Virus record (IMG/VR): IMGVR_UViG_3300037458_001652
Span: 1-39,103 of that record
Strand: one strand, 5' to 3'
DNA length: 39,103 bases
Origin: a virus
Lineage: Duplodnaviria; Caudoviricetes
Shown here: positions 7,933 through 16,841 of the stretch, piece by piece
Numbering within the stretch: position 1 is the stretch's first letter
Layout: the number at the start of each line of letters is the position of its first letter
Program-made: the position numbers and the translations under genes
The notes under the pieces: generated by a model
What the model saw: only the letters and a program-made list of their open reading frames with translations
What the model was told of the DNA's origin: nothing
Databases searched by the model: none

Positions 7933-9015
7933 TCAGAGCGTCAGCTCGCCTTGACGCGACTCGGCGGCGTCTCCATCGAGGCCGTAGGCCCGCGACACGG
8001 CCAGCTCGCCATAGCGGACCGTCACCCGCGCGGCCACTCGCGACAGCTCCGCATCACAATCCGAGCACGCGCAGACCTGGGCATACGGCGTCACCTCGAC
8101 CCGCGTCGCCCCCAGTCCGGCTGGATCCTCGATCGCCGCTCGCTCGATCGCCAAGAACACCGCGTACTGGTCAGCGGTCAGCGCCACGCCGAGCGAGTTG
8201 GCGGGTCCGAGGCGGCACTCCATCTCACACTCCTCGCACGCGTCAGCGTGGTCCAAGTCGCCGCACTGGATGGGCACATAGCGGGGGAACTCGGCCAGCG
8301 GCGCGAACGTATCCTCGGCGATCGCTTCCAGGATTTCCGACTCGGCCAGCACGCCGCGCTGGAATCGCCCCTGGGCGTTCTCATCCATGACCGACCCCAC
8401 CCACGCGGCCAACTGCTCCTGCCGTCGCACGGCCTTGGCCTCCTGCTCGGCCTCCTCCGCGGCCCGCCGCGCCTGACGCTCGGCCTCCCGCGTCGCGGCC
8501 AACTGCTCGGCCGCGGCCCAGGTCTCGGCCAGTGCCTCACGGGCACGCACCTCGGGCGCACGCGACCAGTCCAGCCAGTAGGGTTTGCTGGGCAGACGCG
8601 GAGCCTCTTTGGACGGCATCGGCAGCCGCACCCGCTCCCGACCGCCCGTGGTCCACTCGAGAAACGCCTCGACCGGCTGCGCACGCGCCCAGTCGAGATA
8701 CGCCGCCAGCTCCTGCTCGACCTGCAGTGCCTCCCGCGCTTGGGAGTCCTTCTCGAACGCCTGCATCGCCCGCCGCCACGCCAGCCAGGCCAGCGGGTCC
8801 GGCGTGGCGGTGCGCGGCCGCTTGGGCGCTTCGGCGGATGACCGCCAGGGGTTCGCGGTCAGATCGGTGATGCCGTTCAGCTCGGGGGTCGCCGCCAACA
8901 TCGCGCGGTCTTCCTCGCTCAGCTCCGCAGGGTCAAGCTCCACCACCACGCGGCCATACCCATCCTGTCCGGCCAGAATGGCCTGCTCGCGATCCACATT
9001 GACAGCAACTCTCAT
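7933..9015 (-). CDS. hypothetical protein (coiled-coil middle, Cys-rich C-terminus)
   Basis: 360-aa ORF with GGAG RBS; CxxxDH..CxxC..C and CxCxxC clusters. Confidence 0.75.
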   Translation of the reverse strand: MRVAVNVDREQAILAGQDGYGRVVVELDPAELSEEDRAMLAATPELNGITDLTANPWRSSAEAPKRPRTATPDPLAWLAWRRAMQAFEKDSQAREALQVEQELAAYLDWARAQPVEAFLEWTTGGRERVRLPMPSKEAPRLPSKPYWLDWSRAPEVRAREALAETWAAAEQLAATREAERQARRAAEEAEQEAKAVRRQEQLAAWVGSVMDENAQGRFQRGVLAESEILEAIAEDTFAPLAEFPRYVPIQCGDLDHADACEECEMECRLGPANSLGVALTADQYAVFLAIERAAIEDPAGLGATRVEVTPYAQVCACSDCDAELSRVAARVTVRYGELAVSRAYGLDGDAAESRQGELTL

Positions 9016-9048
9016 GTCAGTCTCCAGGTCAGAGGAGTAAATGCCCGG

Positions 9049-9303
9049 TCACTCGCCGGGCGAACAATTAGCCAACCGCAACGTCTCGTCGGCTTCGATC
9101 GTCATCCGCTGGGTGGCGATACACCGCAACACCAGGTAATGGCACCAGCACTGCCGGATGGAGGCGTTATGCCCCCACGCGGCGAAATTGCCGAGGTAGC
9201 GCTTGGCTCCTTCGCGAATCAGGTACAAGTCGAAGCTCGTCGACGGCTCGGGACCGATCATGACGTTGATCCGGTTCTCGATGAGGTAATCACCGGCCAT
9301 CAT
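9049..9303 (-). CDS. hypothetical protein
   Basis: GAGGAG RBS at about 9307-9312 before tandem ATGs at 9303/9300. Confidence 0.6.
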   Translation of the reverse strand: MMAGDYLIENRINVMIGPEPSTSFDLYLIREGAKRYLGNFAAWGHNASIRQCWCHYLVLRCIATQRMTIEADETLRLANCSPGE

Positions 9304-9472
9304 TCGCTCCTCGCGCCGCCGGAGTTCGCTCGGCATACCGCAGCGTGGCCAACACCTCCTGCAACCCTTGCTCGGTCAGCCGCGGGAGGACCCGCAGCAC
9401 ATGACGCTCGACCTCGCTCAAGGGGCGGGGCCGGGGCTGGGACCGGACCAGTCTGAGTCGTTGGCGGGTCAT
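9290..9472 (-). CDS. hypothetical protein
   Basis: ATGA overlap with 9469..9681; GGAGG RBS. Confidence 0.6.
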   Translation of the reverse strand: MTRQRLRLVRSQPRPRPLSEVERHVLRVLPRLTEQGLQEVLATLRYAERTPAARGANDGR

Positions 9473-9681
9473 GGTTGAACCTCCATGGGCGGGCGCTTCC
9501 GGTTGATCTGTGCACGCTCGTGGTGCCAAAGGACCTCGATCTCCTCGCCGTTCGGGTGGCGAAAGCACGTCCGCGGATCGAAGGCGGTATTGGCCATCCG
9601 ATGGCTGGTCTGGTTGAACCCGGCCTCGGTCACAGCGCGTAGGGCGTCATCAAAATCGGTGAAGGGTCGGATCGGCGTCAT
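9469..9681 (-). CDS. hypothetical protein
   Basis: ATGA overlaps; AGGAGG RBS. Confidence 0.7.
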   Translation of the reverse strand: MTPIRPFTDFDDALRAVTEAGFNQTSHRMANTAFDPRTCFRHPNGEEIEVLWHHERAQINRKRPPMEVQP

Positions 9682-9869
9682 GGTTGACCCTCCTGAACGG
9701 GCTTGGCGAGATCAACCCAGACCCACGCCCGCACCCATGCACCGGGCGGATCGGAGACGCGGGACACCATTCCGCGGGCATCTTCGGGGTGCCCGATCTC
9801 CAGCTCGCCGGGCGACTCCCACCGCTCGCGGGCGTGCTCGATCACCTTGGCATCGTTTGGTTGGCTCAT
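9678..9869 (-). CDS. hypothetical protein
   Basis: GAGGAG RBS; coupled to the downstream gene. Confidence 0.7.
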   Translation of the reverse strand: MSQPNDAKVIEHARERWESPGELEIGHPEDARGMVSRVSDPPGAWVRAWVWVDLAKPVQEGQP

Positions 9870-9923
9870 CTTTGGCTCCTCGGTCGAGGCCCGGCGCGGG
9901 GCCGGGCGGTCAGGGTCAACGAG

Positions 9924-10133
9924 TCAGGCGGCCAGCTCGATGTGCACGATCCCGCCAATCTGCCGTGCCTCCTGCACGGCAAACCGCTTGGCCTCGGCCA
10001 GCGTCATCGGCCCCGGCGTCTGGACCGTCGTCCGGGCGCCCTCGCGGTACAGGTCAAAAGACCAGGCGGCGGGCTCGCGGCCGTTCGGGCGCTTGCCATG
10101 CTCTTCGAGGTAGTTCTGCGTGCTGACTTTCAT
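9924..10133 (-). CDS. hypothetical protein
   Basis: GGAGG RBS; 69 aa. Confidence 0.7.
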   Translation of the reverse strand: MKVSTQNYLEEHGKRPNGREPAAWSFDLYREGARTTVQTPGPMTLAEAKRFAVQEARQIGGIVHIELAA

Positions 10134-10186
10134 GAGGTCCTCCGGTTGGCGTGGCGGGCGCCCGGCGGGGGCCGGGCAGGTGGAGG

Positions 10187-10387
10187 CTACTGGTCAAGCT
10201 CAAGCCATTTCGCGTCTGCCGCGGCCATGATTGGATCGTTGAGACGCTCAGCAGTCTCGGCGTAGGTCTCGCACGCAGCAGACCGCCCCTGCCCGATGCT
10301 GTCGAGGTAGTCGTCGACGATAAAGCCCAGATCGGTCGTCGTGGTCGCCGCTTGGATTTTCTGGATCGGGGTAGCTCGGCTGGTCAT
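10187..10387 (-). CDS. hypothetical protein
   Basis: GGAGG RBS; first gene behind the promoter at 10437-10465. Confidence 0.7.
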   Translation of the reverse strand: MTSRATPIQKIQAATTTTDLGFIVDDYLDSIGQGRSAACETYAETAERLNDPIMAAADAKWLELDQ

Positions 10388-10436
10388 GGTTTCCTCCGGT
10401 TGGCGTTGGCTTGCTTACTCTTAACTTATGCTTATC

Positions 10437-10465
10437 AGTATATGCAGACAGGTTAACCATGGCAA
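10437..10465 (-). promoter_or_regulatory. sigma70-type promoter
   Basis: TTGCCA-N17-TATACT. Confidence 0.8.
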
Positions 10466-10489
10466 CCCATCAGACCAACTTTTTTAGCC

Positions 10490-10720
10490 TCAACAGCGGG
10501 TTGAGCCTGATCCATCACCTTGCGGACCTTCAGCCTGCCGCGGCGCCCGGTAAACGTTCGGGCACCAGATCGGGTCATCCGGGCGAGCCCCGGTGCGGGC
10601 GACCCACGCCTTGAAGTCTTGCTGCGCCGGGTAGTATCGGCAGGTCGGACAGGACTCCGGTCCTTTCCCACAGAACGCGCTCAGGCAGTCGATCGGGTAA
10701 ACACGAACGGTCTCGGTCAT
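10490..10720 (-). CDS. small Cys-rich hypothetical protein
   Basis: MTETVRVYPIDCLSAFCGKGPESCPTC...; GGAG RBS. Confidence 0.6.
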   Translation of the reverse strand: MTETVRVYPIDCLSAFCGKGPESCPTCRYYPAQQDFKAWVARTGARPDDPIWCPNVYRAPRQAEGPQGDGSGSTRC

Positions 10721-10781
10721 CTCAGCAACTCCGGTCAGCGTGGTGGGCACCCGGTGGGGCCGGGCGGTCAGGGTCAACGGG

Positions 10782-12305
10782 TCAGGACGCTTGGCGCAGC
10801 GACTCGAACTGCCGGCGGGCGGCGATGAAGGCCTCTGGCGTCCCGCCGCGATCCGGGTGTGCCCGCTGCATCGCGGCCCGCGCCGCCTTCACCTGCTCGG
10901 CACGACTCGCCACATCCCGCACCTCGGCCTTGAGCGCGGCGATCAGGGCCTCATGCCCGCCTTGGCGCTCCGCCAGGACGCGGCAGATCCGCTCATCGAT
11001 GGTGCCCTGGGCGACCACGCGGTAGACCATGACCGGCTTGGTCTGGCCTTGTCGGTAGAGCCGGGCGATGGTCTGGGTCCACAGCTCCCAGCTCCACGGC
11101 AGCGCCATCCAGATGAGATGTCGCCCGCCGGCCTGGAGGTTCAAGCCGTGGCCAGCCGCTTGCGGATGGAGCAGCAGCACCGGGACCTCACCGCGGTTCC
11201 AGCGGTCAAGCAGCGCCTGGAGCCGGCCTGGGCTCAGCCCCGAGCCGAGCACCGGGGCCTCCGGGAACAGGGCCCGCAGCCGCGCCAGGTCATGCTTGAA
11301 CCAGTAAACGACCAGACAGGGCTCGCCGTTCAGCTCCGAGACCAGCTCGGCCACCGCCTCCAGCTTGGCGCGATGCAGCTCGGACCAGGCGCCCTGCTCG
11401 TCGGTGATGAGGGCCCCTTGGCTGACCTGTTGGAGCTTCCCGACCATCACCGCGGCATTGGCCACGTCGACGATCAACCCGTCCTCCAGCTCGGCCTCAA
11501 ACGTGTCGGTCAGCTCGGTATACACCGCCCACGCACTGGCGGGCATCTCCACCGGAACCGAGGTCTCGATCAGGGCGGGCAGGTCGAGGTAATCCTTGGC
11601 CCGCAAGGCGATGGCGAAGTCCTTGAGCTTGGCGGTCAACGCCTGCCGTGTGCCCTCCTTGGCGACCCGGCCACTCCCGGTTTGATCGAAATAGCGGGTC
11701 AGGAAGCCGCCAGGCGACCGCCCGAAGCGCTTGCCGAGATCGGCCACCGTCACCTGCGCCCACAGATCCGCCCAGCTTTTGGGCGTCGGCGTGCCGGTCA
11801 GGAGGGTGCGGCGCCGGGCGGTCATCGCGGTAAAGGCAACCGCTTTCCAGCGACGGGTCCGATGGTCCTTGATCAAGCTCGACTCATCGACCACGACCCA
11901 GTCCCAGACCTCGCGCTTGACCCGCCGATGCAGCCACGGCAGCAGGCCATAGCTCACGCAGACGACCTCCGCGGTCGCGAACCCATCCCGCAGAACGGCC
12001 TGCCGCCGCGCGGGCGAACCGGCCAGCACCAGCACCCGCAGATGGGCGGTGTGCTCCCACGCCGCGGCCTCCTGCGCCCAGACGGTCGCGACCACGCGCG
12101 GCGGGCCAACCACCAGCACCCGGCGCACGATTTCAGCGGCACGCAGATCGGCGATGGCGGTCAGCACCGTGCCGGTCTTGCCCAGTCCCGGGTCGAGGAA
12201 CAGCCCGGCCTCGGCATGGTCGATCAGGAACTGCACGGCCCGCACCTGATAGGGATGCAAGGCCGAGCGCGGCCGGCGAGGCGTCATCAGCAGCTCATTT
12301 GGCAT
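10782..12305 (-). CDS. SNF2-family (SF2) phage helicase
   Basis: LHPYQ, DPGLGKT, VVDESS, LTGTP, GHGLNLQ and QTIARLYRQGQ motifs. Confidence 0.92.
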   Translation of the reverse strand: MPNELLMTPRRPRSALHPYQVRAVQFLIDHAEAGLFLDPGLGKTGTVLTAIADLRAAEIVRRVLVVGPPRVVATVWAQEAAAWEHTAHLRVLVLAGSPARRQAVLRDGFATAEVVCVSYGLLPWLHRRVKREVWDWVVVDESSLIKDHRTRRWKAVAFTAMTARRRTLLTGTPTPKSWADLWAQVTVADLGKRFGRSPGGFLTRYFDQTGSGRVAKEGTRQALTAKLKDFAIALRAKDYLDLPALIETSVPVEMPASAWAVYTELTDTFEAELEDGLIVDVANAAVMVGKLQQVSQGALITDEQGAWSELHRAKLEAVAELVSELNGEPCLVVYWFKHDLARLRALFPEAPVLGSGLSPGRLQALLDRWNRGEVPVLLLHPQAAGHGLNLQAGGRHLIWMALPWSWELWTQTIARLYRQGQTKPVMVYRVVAQGTIDERICRVLAERQGGHEALIAALKAEVRDVASRAEQVKAARAAMQRAHPDRGGTPEAFIAARRQFESLRQAS

Positions 12306-14226
12306 AGCGGTCACCCTCCTGCCCCTCGACCGCGATCGGCAGATCCGGCGCCCATGCCGGGCGGCGCAGCATCACCTCGGCCAGGGCCTCGCCGACGCCG
12401 GGCGGCCCCTCGCAGACGAGCTCGTCGTGCACGGTCAAGACCGGGTTGAGGCCGTCCCGCTCGGCGGCGACCAGACTCTCGGCCAGCAGGTCGCGGGCGG
12501 TACTGGAGACGACGTTCTCGCACAAGCGTCCACCAAACGTGTGGCTCGGCACCGGTCGGCCGTGCTTGCCGACAGCGGTGAACCGCAGCTCGAGCGCGGG
12601 CTCGCCGTATTTCTCGACCCGCGCGATCTTGGGCTCGAACCACGCCAGATTGCGCCCGCTCGGCAAGCGGCAGAACAGCCAGCGATCCTCCCGGAAGAAG
12701 GTCAGGTGTGGCCCGACCGGTTGCGGCTTGCCGGTCCCGACCGCGCGCAGCGCGGCCTGCTCCAAGGCGGCCCAGAAGCGCACCACCGGGGCGTGCTGCT
12801 CGCGGTAGGCGTCGATGGTGGCCCGGGCCAGGGCCTCGCCGATGGTCAGCCCCTGCTTGCGGCACGACTCCAGAAAGGCGCGCCAGCCCGCCCCGTAGCC
12901 GCCGCCGAGGATGCCGCCTTTGCCGGTATGGCGCTGCTCCTTGGTCACGGCCGCCTCCTCGACCTTGTAGATCCGGCTCGCCAGTCGACGATAGAGATCC
13001 TCGCCGCGGCGCAAGGCCTCCAGCATGGCCTCATCACCGGCCAGCCAGCCGAGCACCACGACCTCGATCTTGGAATAGTCGCAGACCGCAAGCCGCAACC
13101 CGTCAGGCGCCCGCAGCAGCGAGCGGATCAGACTCGACAGAGCCTCCAGCGGCGCGGCGAACAGCAACCCGAAGTCGGCCGGGTCCCGCTGCAGCACCGC
13201 CACCGCATCGCCGATGGCCGCCGCCTTGAGCTTGGGCCGTGGCAAGTTCTGCAACTGCACCCCACGCCCCGCCCAGCGATAGGTGTGGGTCCCGGCGTAG
13301 GCCAGCTGGTCATGCAGCCGTCCGTCGGCCGTGGCCGCCTCACGGATCGCGTAGACCTTCCGCCAGCTGGTTTTCGAGCCCTCGAGCCGCAGCTCCAACA
13401 CCCGCCGCACCTCGCCGGGCAACGGCGTCGCCAGCGCCTCGGCGATCTCGATCTCGCCAAGGCTCTCCAACAAGAGCCCGTGGTCCCGGAGCCAGGCGAG
13501 CAACGCCTGGACCTGTCCCGGTGCCAGCCCGCCGGTCAGGCGGGCGCACTCGGCCGTCAACTCGGCCAGCCGCGGCTCGGCCACGGCGGCCACCGCCTTG
13601 GCCAGATCCAGGTCGGCCAAGATCCCGCGACAGGCCATGCGATAGTCGGCCTCCCAGCAGGGGTGATCGCGGTCGAGCTGCGGCAGGTAGGCGGCCAACC
13701 GCTCGACCAGGGTGATCGTCGTGCGCACGTCCTGCACGCCATACTCAACGAACCGCCGCCAGTCCTCCGGCGCGTCCTCGGGCCGCACCCGGCCGCGGAA
13801 CAGCCCGCGGGCATGCGGCATCGAGAAGAGCTGGATCAGCCGCTTGCCCTCGGCCGCCTTGCGCTGCTCCAGACCCAAGGCATTGGCGGCCTGCTCCAGC
13901 GAGCGCGGCAGGCCGACCAGGGCACACAAGGTCCGCGAGTCCAGCCAGCGCCCGGCGACCGGCGGGAACCCATAGCGCGGCATCAAGACCCACTCCCAGA
14001 GGTTGCGGTCGAAGGCGGCGTTGTGGGCCAGCACATCCTCTCCAGCCGCCAGGGCGGCGATCAGCCCCGCGGGCATGGGATCACCAGGGGTCCAGACGCG
14101 GACCGCCTCACCGGGCCGCCCATAGGCCAACAGCAGGACATCCGTCGCCGGGTCGCGGGCATAGCGGTAGGCGCCCACGACCGGGAGATCAACCTCGCCG
14201 TAGGTCTCGAAGTCGAGAATGATCAT
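12295..14226 (-). CDS. Family A DNA polymerase with 3'-5' exonuclease (APSE/SPO2-like)
   Basis: Exo I LDFET, AHNAAFD, motif A CDYSKIE, motif B RHTGKGGILGGGYG, motif C VHDE. Confidence 0.93.
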   Translation of the reverse strand: MIILDFETYGEVDLPVVGAYRYARDPATDVLLLAYGRPGEAVRVWTPGDPMPAGLIAALAAGEDVLAHNAAFDRNLWEWVLMPRYGFPPVAGRWLDSRTLCALVGLPRSLEQAANALGLEQRKAAEGKRLIQLFSMPHARGLFRGRVRPEDAPEDWRRFVEYGVQDVRTTITLVERLAAYLPQLDRDHPCWEADYRMACRGILADLDLAKAVAAVAEPRLAELTAECARLTGGLAPGQVQALLAWLRDHGLLLESLGEIEIAEALATPLPGEVRRVLELRLEGSKTSWRKVYAIREAATADGRLHDQLAYAGTHTYRWAGRGVQLQNLPRPKLKAAAIGDAVAVLQRDPADFGLLFAAPLEALSSLIRSLLRAPDGLRLAVCDYSKIEVVVLGWLAGDEAMLEALRRGEDLYRRLASRIYKVEEAAVTKEQRHTGKGGILGGGYGAGWRAFLESCRKQGLTIGEALARATIDAYREQHAPVVRFWAALEQAALRAVGTGKPQPVGPHLTFFREDRWLFCRLPSGRNLAWFEPKIARVEKYGEPALELRFTAVGKHGRPVPSHTFGGRLCENVVSSTARDLLAESLVAAERDGLNPVLTVHDELVCEGPPGVGEALAEVMLRRPAWAPDLPIAVEGQEGDRYAK

Positions 14227-14254
14227 GGTTGACAGGGTAAACTTGTCCGGGGTC

Positions 14255-14278
14255 AAAAAGGGCGCCCGCGGGCGCCCT
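14255..14278 (-). terminator. intrinsic terminator between SSB and polymerase
   Basis: Palindrome AGGGCGCCCGCGGGCGCCCT followed by a T-run on the minus strand. Confidence 0.75.
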
Positions 14279-14291
14279 CCTCGGTCAACGA

Positions 14292-14906
14292 TCAGGCCGC
14301 GCCCAGCAACTCGGCGTACTCATCGTCGTTGGTGGTGAACTCCTCCTCGAGCCCGCCGAAGGCGTCACTCGGATCGACCCGGCCGTCGATCCGCTCGCCG
14401 CGGCCGAGCAGCAGCACGGCGTTCAAATAACAGGTCAGCCCGACCGACAGACCGGTATAGACCGCCAGCTTGACGGCGACGTGGGCCTCCTGCCCGGCCC
14501 ACACGTCTTCAGGCGCGGCCAAGGTCTTGGTGTTGCGCAGATACACGGTCGGCTTGGTCGTGGTCCGTGCGCTCAGGACCAGGTGACCGCGGCACTCCTC
14601 GCCGGGCTCCTTGCCCGAGGGCGTCAGCCCATCGCCGTCGTACCAGGGCAGCTTGAGCCCCTGCGGGACCTTGCCGCCGAACTTGGCGACGCGGACCTTT
14701 TCGATCGCGGCCTTGACCGCGGCGGTCAACAGCGGCACGTTGACCGGGTCGGTCTTCGCGACCAACACGTTGGTCTGGTACTTCGGCACGCTTTGGGTGG
14801 CCTGGGCACCCGGGCCTTGGTAGGCGCGCGGGACGAACAGGTGCGGGTAGGACAGGCGGACGTTCTTCAACGTACAAGCTGACGGATCAGCGGTTTGGCT
14901 CGTCAT
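14292..14906 (-). CDS. DUF2815 / T7 gp2.5-like ssDNA-binding protein
   Basis: NVRLSYPHLF, KY, LPWYDGD, GLTCYLNAV, GERIDG and an acidic tail; standard position before PolA. Confidence 0.88.
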   Translation of the reverse strand: MTSQTADPSACTLKNVRLSYPHLFVPRAYQGPGAQATQSVPKYQTNVLVAKTDPVNVPLLTAAVKAAIEKVRVAKFGGKVPQGLKLPWYDGDGLTPSGKEPGEECRGHLVLSARTTTKPTVYLRNTKTLAAPEDVWAGQEAHVAVKLAVYTGLSVGLTCYLNAVLLLGRGERIDGRVDPSDAFGGLEEEFTTNDDEYAELLGAA

Positions 14907-15033
14907 GATCGGGTCTCCAGTCGACGAGATTGGCGGGATTGACGGCGGGAGCGCTCACTCCCGCCTCGTTTTGCCCGGTCAGGGTACCCATCACGACCAC
15001 GCGAAAGACCGAGCAGATTCGCGCAGCCGACGG

Positions 15034-16182
15034 TCATTCTTCCAGTCCCTCGAACAAGGCCTCGGCCTCGGCGAACAGGTCCTCGCCAGGTGCGGTCGCC
15101 CGAACCAGACGCGGCCCCAGCTCGGGCACCCGCACCAAGGCCGCCAGGTCGGGCTTGCGCTTGGCGTGGGCCCGGATCACCTTCTCGACCTGGGCCGGGC
15201 TGATCAGCACCGGCGGGGCCAGCACCTCCGACGGGACGCCATAGGTCTCGGTCAGCTCGGCCAGCGCCGCCGCCGGATCGATCCACGCCCGATGGCCGCG
15301 GCGGTTGGCCAGCTTCCAGCCGGGGACCTCGATGCCGGAGCGGGCGAGGTTCAAGACGTGGGCCTCCAGCGCCTTCAGCCAGCCGCGGATGGTCTCGGCC
15401 TCCGCCAACAGCGCACCGGCCTGAGCCGGGGTCAGCGGGGCCTCCACGGCCCGAAACGCCTCGCGTGCGGCCGCCAGGGCGTAATCGGCCAGCACCGCGC
15501 ACCCGCCGGCCGCGCGACAGAAGGTGCAGTGCGACCCGGCCACCAGCGACGCATCCTCAGCATCGGTCCGCGCGGCGGCCTCAGCGATCTCCGCGGCAAA
15601 GACCTCCAGCTCGACCCGGCTGAGCGTGGTCGTCCGCACCGGTCCATCCACATGCGGCGCCCGCGGCTGGAGCACCGCCAGGGTGACGCCCTCGACCGGG
15701 AACCGCGCCCGGGCCAGCGCGCCGACGGCATAGAGCCGGAGCTGTGAGTTGTCCTCGACCGCCACCGGATGGCCCGCGCCGAATTTCAGGTCGCCGACAA
15801 TAAGGCGGCGCTCCGGCGGGACCAGGATCACCAGGTCCGCCGTGCCCCACAGATCGTCACGGCCCAACGCCTGACCGGGATCGACCTTGATCTCGATCAA
15901 CAGCTCGGCGCCGGGGGCCGCGGCCATCTGCTCACGGACCCAGACCAGCACCGGTTGCAGGGCCTCGGCCATCTGCTCGGTCGCCCCCTCGACCAGGGCC
16001 AGGCAGCCCGCGGCCTCGGCCTCACCAAGCAGGAGCGCGGTCTCCAGCAAGGCATGGGCGATCGTGCCCTCCTCGGCATAGACCGACGTGGTCGGCGGGA
16101 ACTGGGCCTCCAGCCGCGGCGCACCGGGGCAAGCCGACCAGCGATGGGCGGCAGAGCACGACAGACGCGCATGCCCGCTCAT
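15034..16182 (-). CDS. DUF2800 Cas4-like PD-(D/E)XK exonuclease
   Basis: HARLSCSAAHRWxxCPG, AEEGTIAH, GTADL, DLKFG, QLRLYA, HCTFC. Confidence 0.88.
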   Translation of the reverse strand: MSGHARLSCSAAHRWSACPGAPRLEAQFPPTTSVYAEEGTIAHALLETALLLGEAEAAGCLALVEGATEQMAEALQPVLVWVREQMAAAPGAELLIEIKVDPGQALGRDDLWGTADLVILVPPERRLIVGDLKFGAGHPVAVEDNSQLRLYAVGALARARFPVEGVTLAVLQPRAPHVDGPVRTTTLSRVELEVFAAEIAEAAARTDAEDASLVAGSHCTFCRAAGGCAVLADYALAAAREAFRAVEAPLTPAQAGALLAEAETIRGWLKALEAHVLNLARSGIEVPGWKLANRRGHRAWIDPAAALAELTETYGVPSEVLAPPVLISPAQVEKVIRAHAKRKPDLAALVRVPELGPRLVRATAPGEDLFAEAEALFEGLEE

Positions 16183-16787
16183 CAGGCGGCCTCGCTCATC
16201 GCATGGCGCACGAAGGCGGCACGCTGCTCGGCGTTCAGCCGATCGACCGAGGGCACCCCGAGGCGCTGCGTCAGCAGCTCACGCACCAGCGCCCCGCGCC
16301 CGGCCTCAATCAGGCGGCGGGCCAGCGCGAGCACGTCCTCGACGCTCACCTCCGCGGGCGGCGGCTCATCCTTCGGGGCGTTGGCGGCCGCGCGAAACGC
16401 CGCCAGATCGACCGCGGCCGGTGGCTCGGCCTTGGCCGGGGACTCCCGCAACCGCGCGGTGGCCAGATCCAGGAACCGGCGGCGCTGCTCGGCGAGCAGC
16501 TGATCGACGGTGCCGACCCCGAAGTCTTGCATGAGCAGGTCGCGCAAGACCTCCAGACGGCCGGCCCGGATCAGCTCGGCAGCGATCGCCCGCACCTCCT
16601 CGAGCGAGGGCACGGCCGGGACCGCCTCGGCCGCGGCCAGCTCCTCGGCGGTGATCGGGATGGCCGCCAGGGCCTCTTGACCGGCACGCTCAAAGATCTC
16701 CAAGCGGGTGTGGGCATGGCCGGTCACGGCCGCCGTCAGGCGGTCGATCGCGGCGGTCAGATTCTGTAGATCCTGTTCGATGGACAT
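16182..16787 (-). CDS. hypothetical protein preceding DUF2800, with a duplicated C-terminal helical domain
   Basis: Two similar ~50-aa units (SLEEVRAIAAELIRAGR...GVGTVDQL / SVEDVLALARRLIEAGR...GVPSVDRL); AGGAG RBS. Confidence 0.8.
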   Translation of the reverse strand: MSIEQDLQNLTAAIDRLTAAVTGHAHTRLEIFERAGQEALAAIPITAEELAAAEAVPAVPSLEEVRAIAAELIRAGRLEVLRDLLMQDFGVGTVDQLLAEQRRRFLDLATARLRESPAKAEPPAAVDLAAFRAAANAPKDEPPPAEVSVEDVLALARRLIEAGRGALVRELLTQRLGVPSVDRLNAEQRAAFVRHAMSEAA

Positions 16788-16841
16788 GGGCAAGGCTCCT
16801 GCCGACCGGGCAGCCCGGTCGGCGGTCGGAAGGTCAGCAGG

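Larger units (their letters stand above)
9898..10786. repeat. 31-bp direct repeat pair (9898-9928 and 10756-10786) at gene ends
   Basis: GGGGCCGGGCGGTCAGGGTCAACG(A/G)GTCAGG with one mismatch; each copy includes the TGA stop of the preceding minus-strand gene. Confidence 0.85.

Noticed and set aside
14903-15037. 44-codon ORF between DUF2800 and SSB
   Set aside because: Low-complexity Arg/Ser-rich translation overlapping an 8-bp hairpin (14944-14965); more likely a leader region, though not excluded
15034-16182. CRISPR adaptation Cas4
   Set aside because: DUF2800 nuclease in its usual SSB-PolA replication context; no cas1 or array
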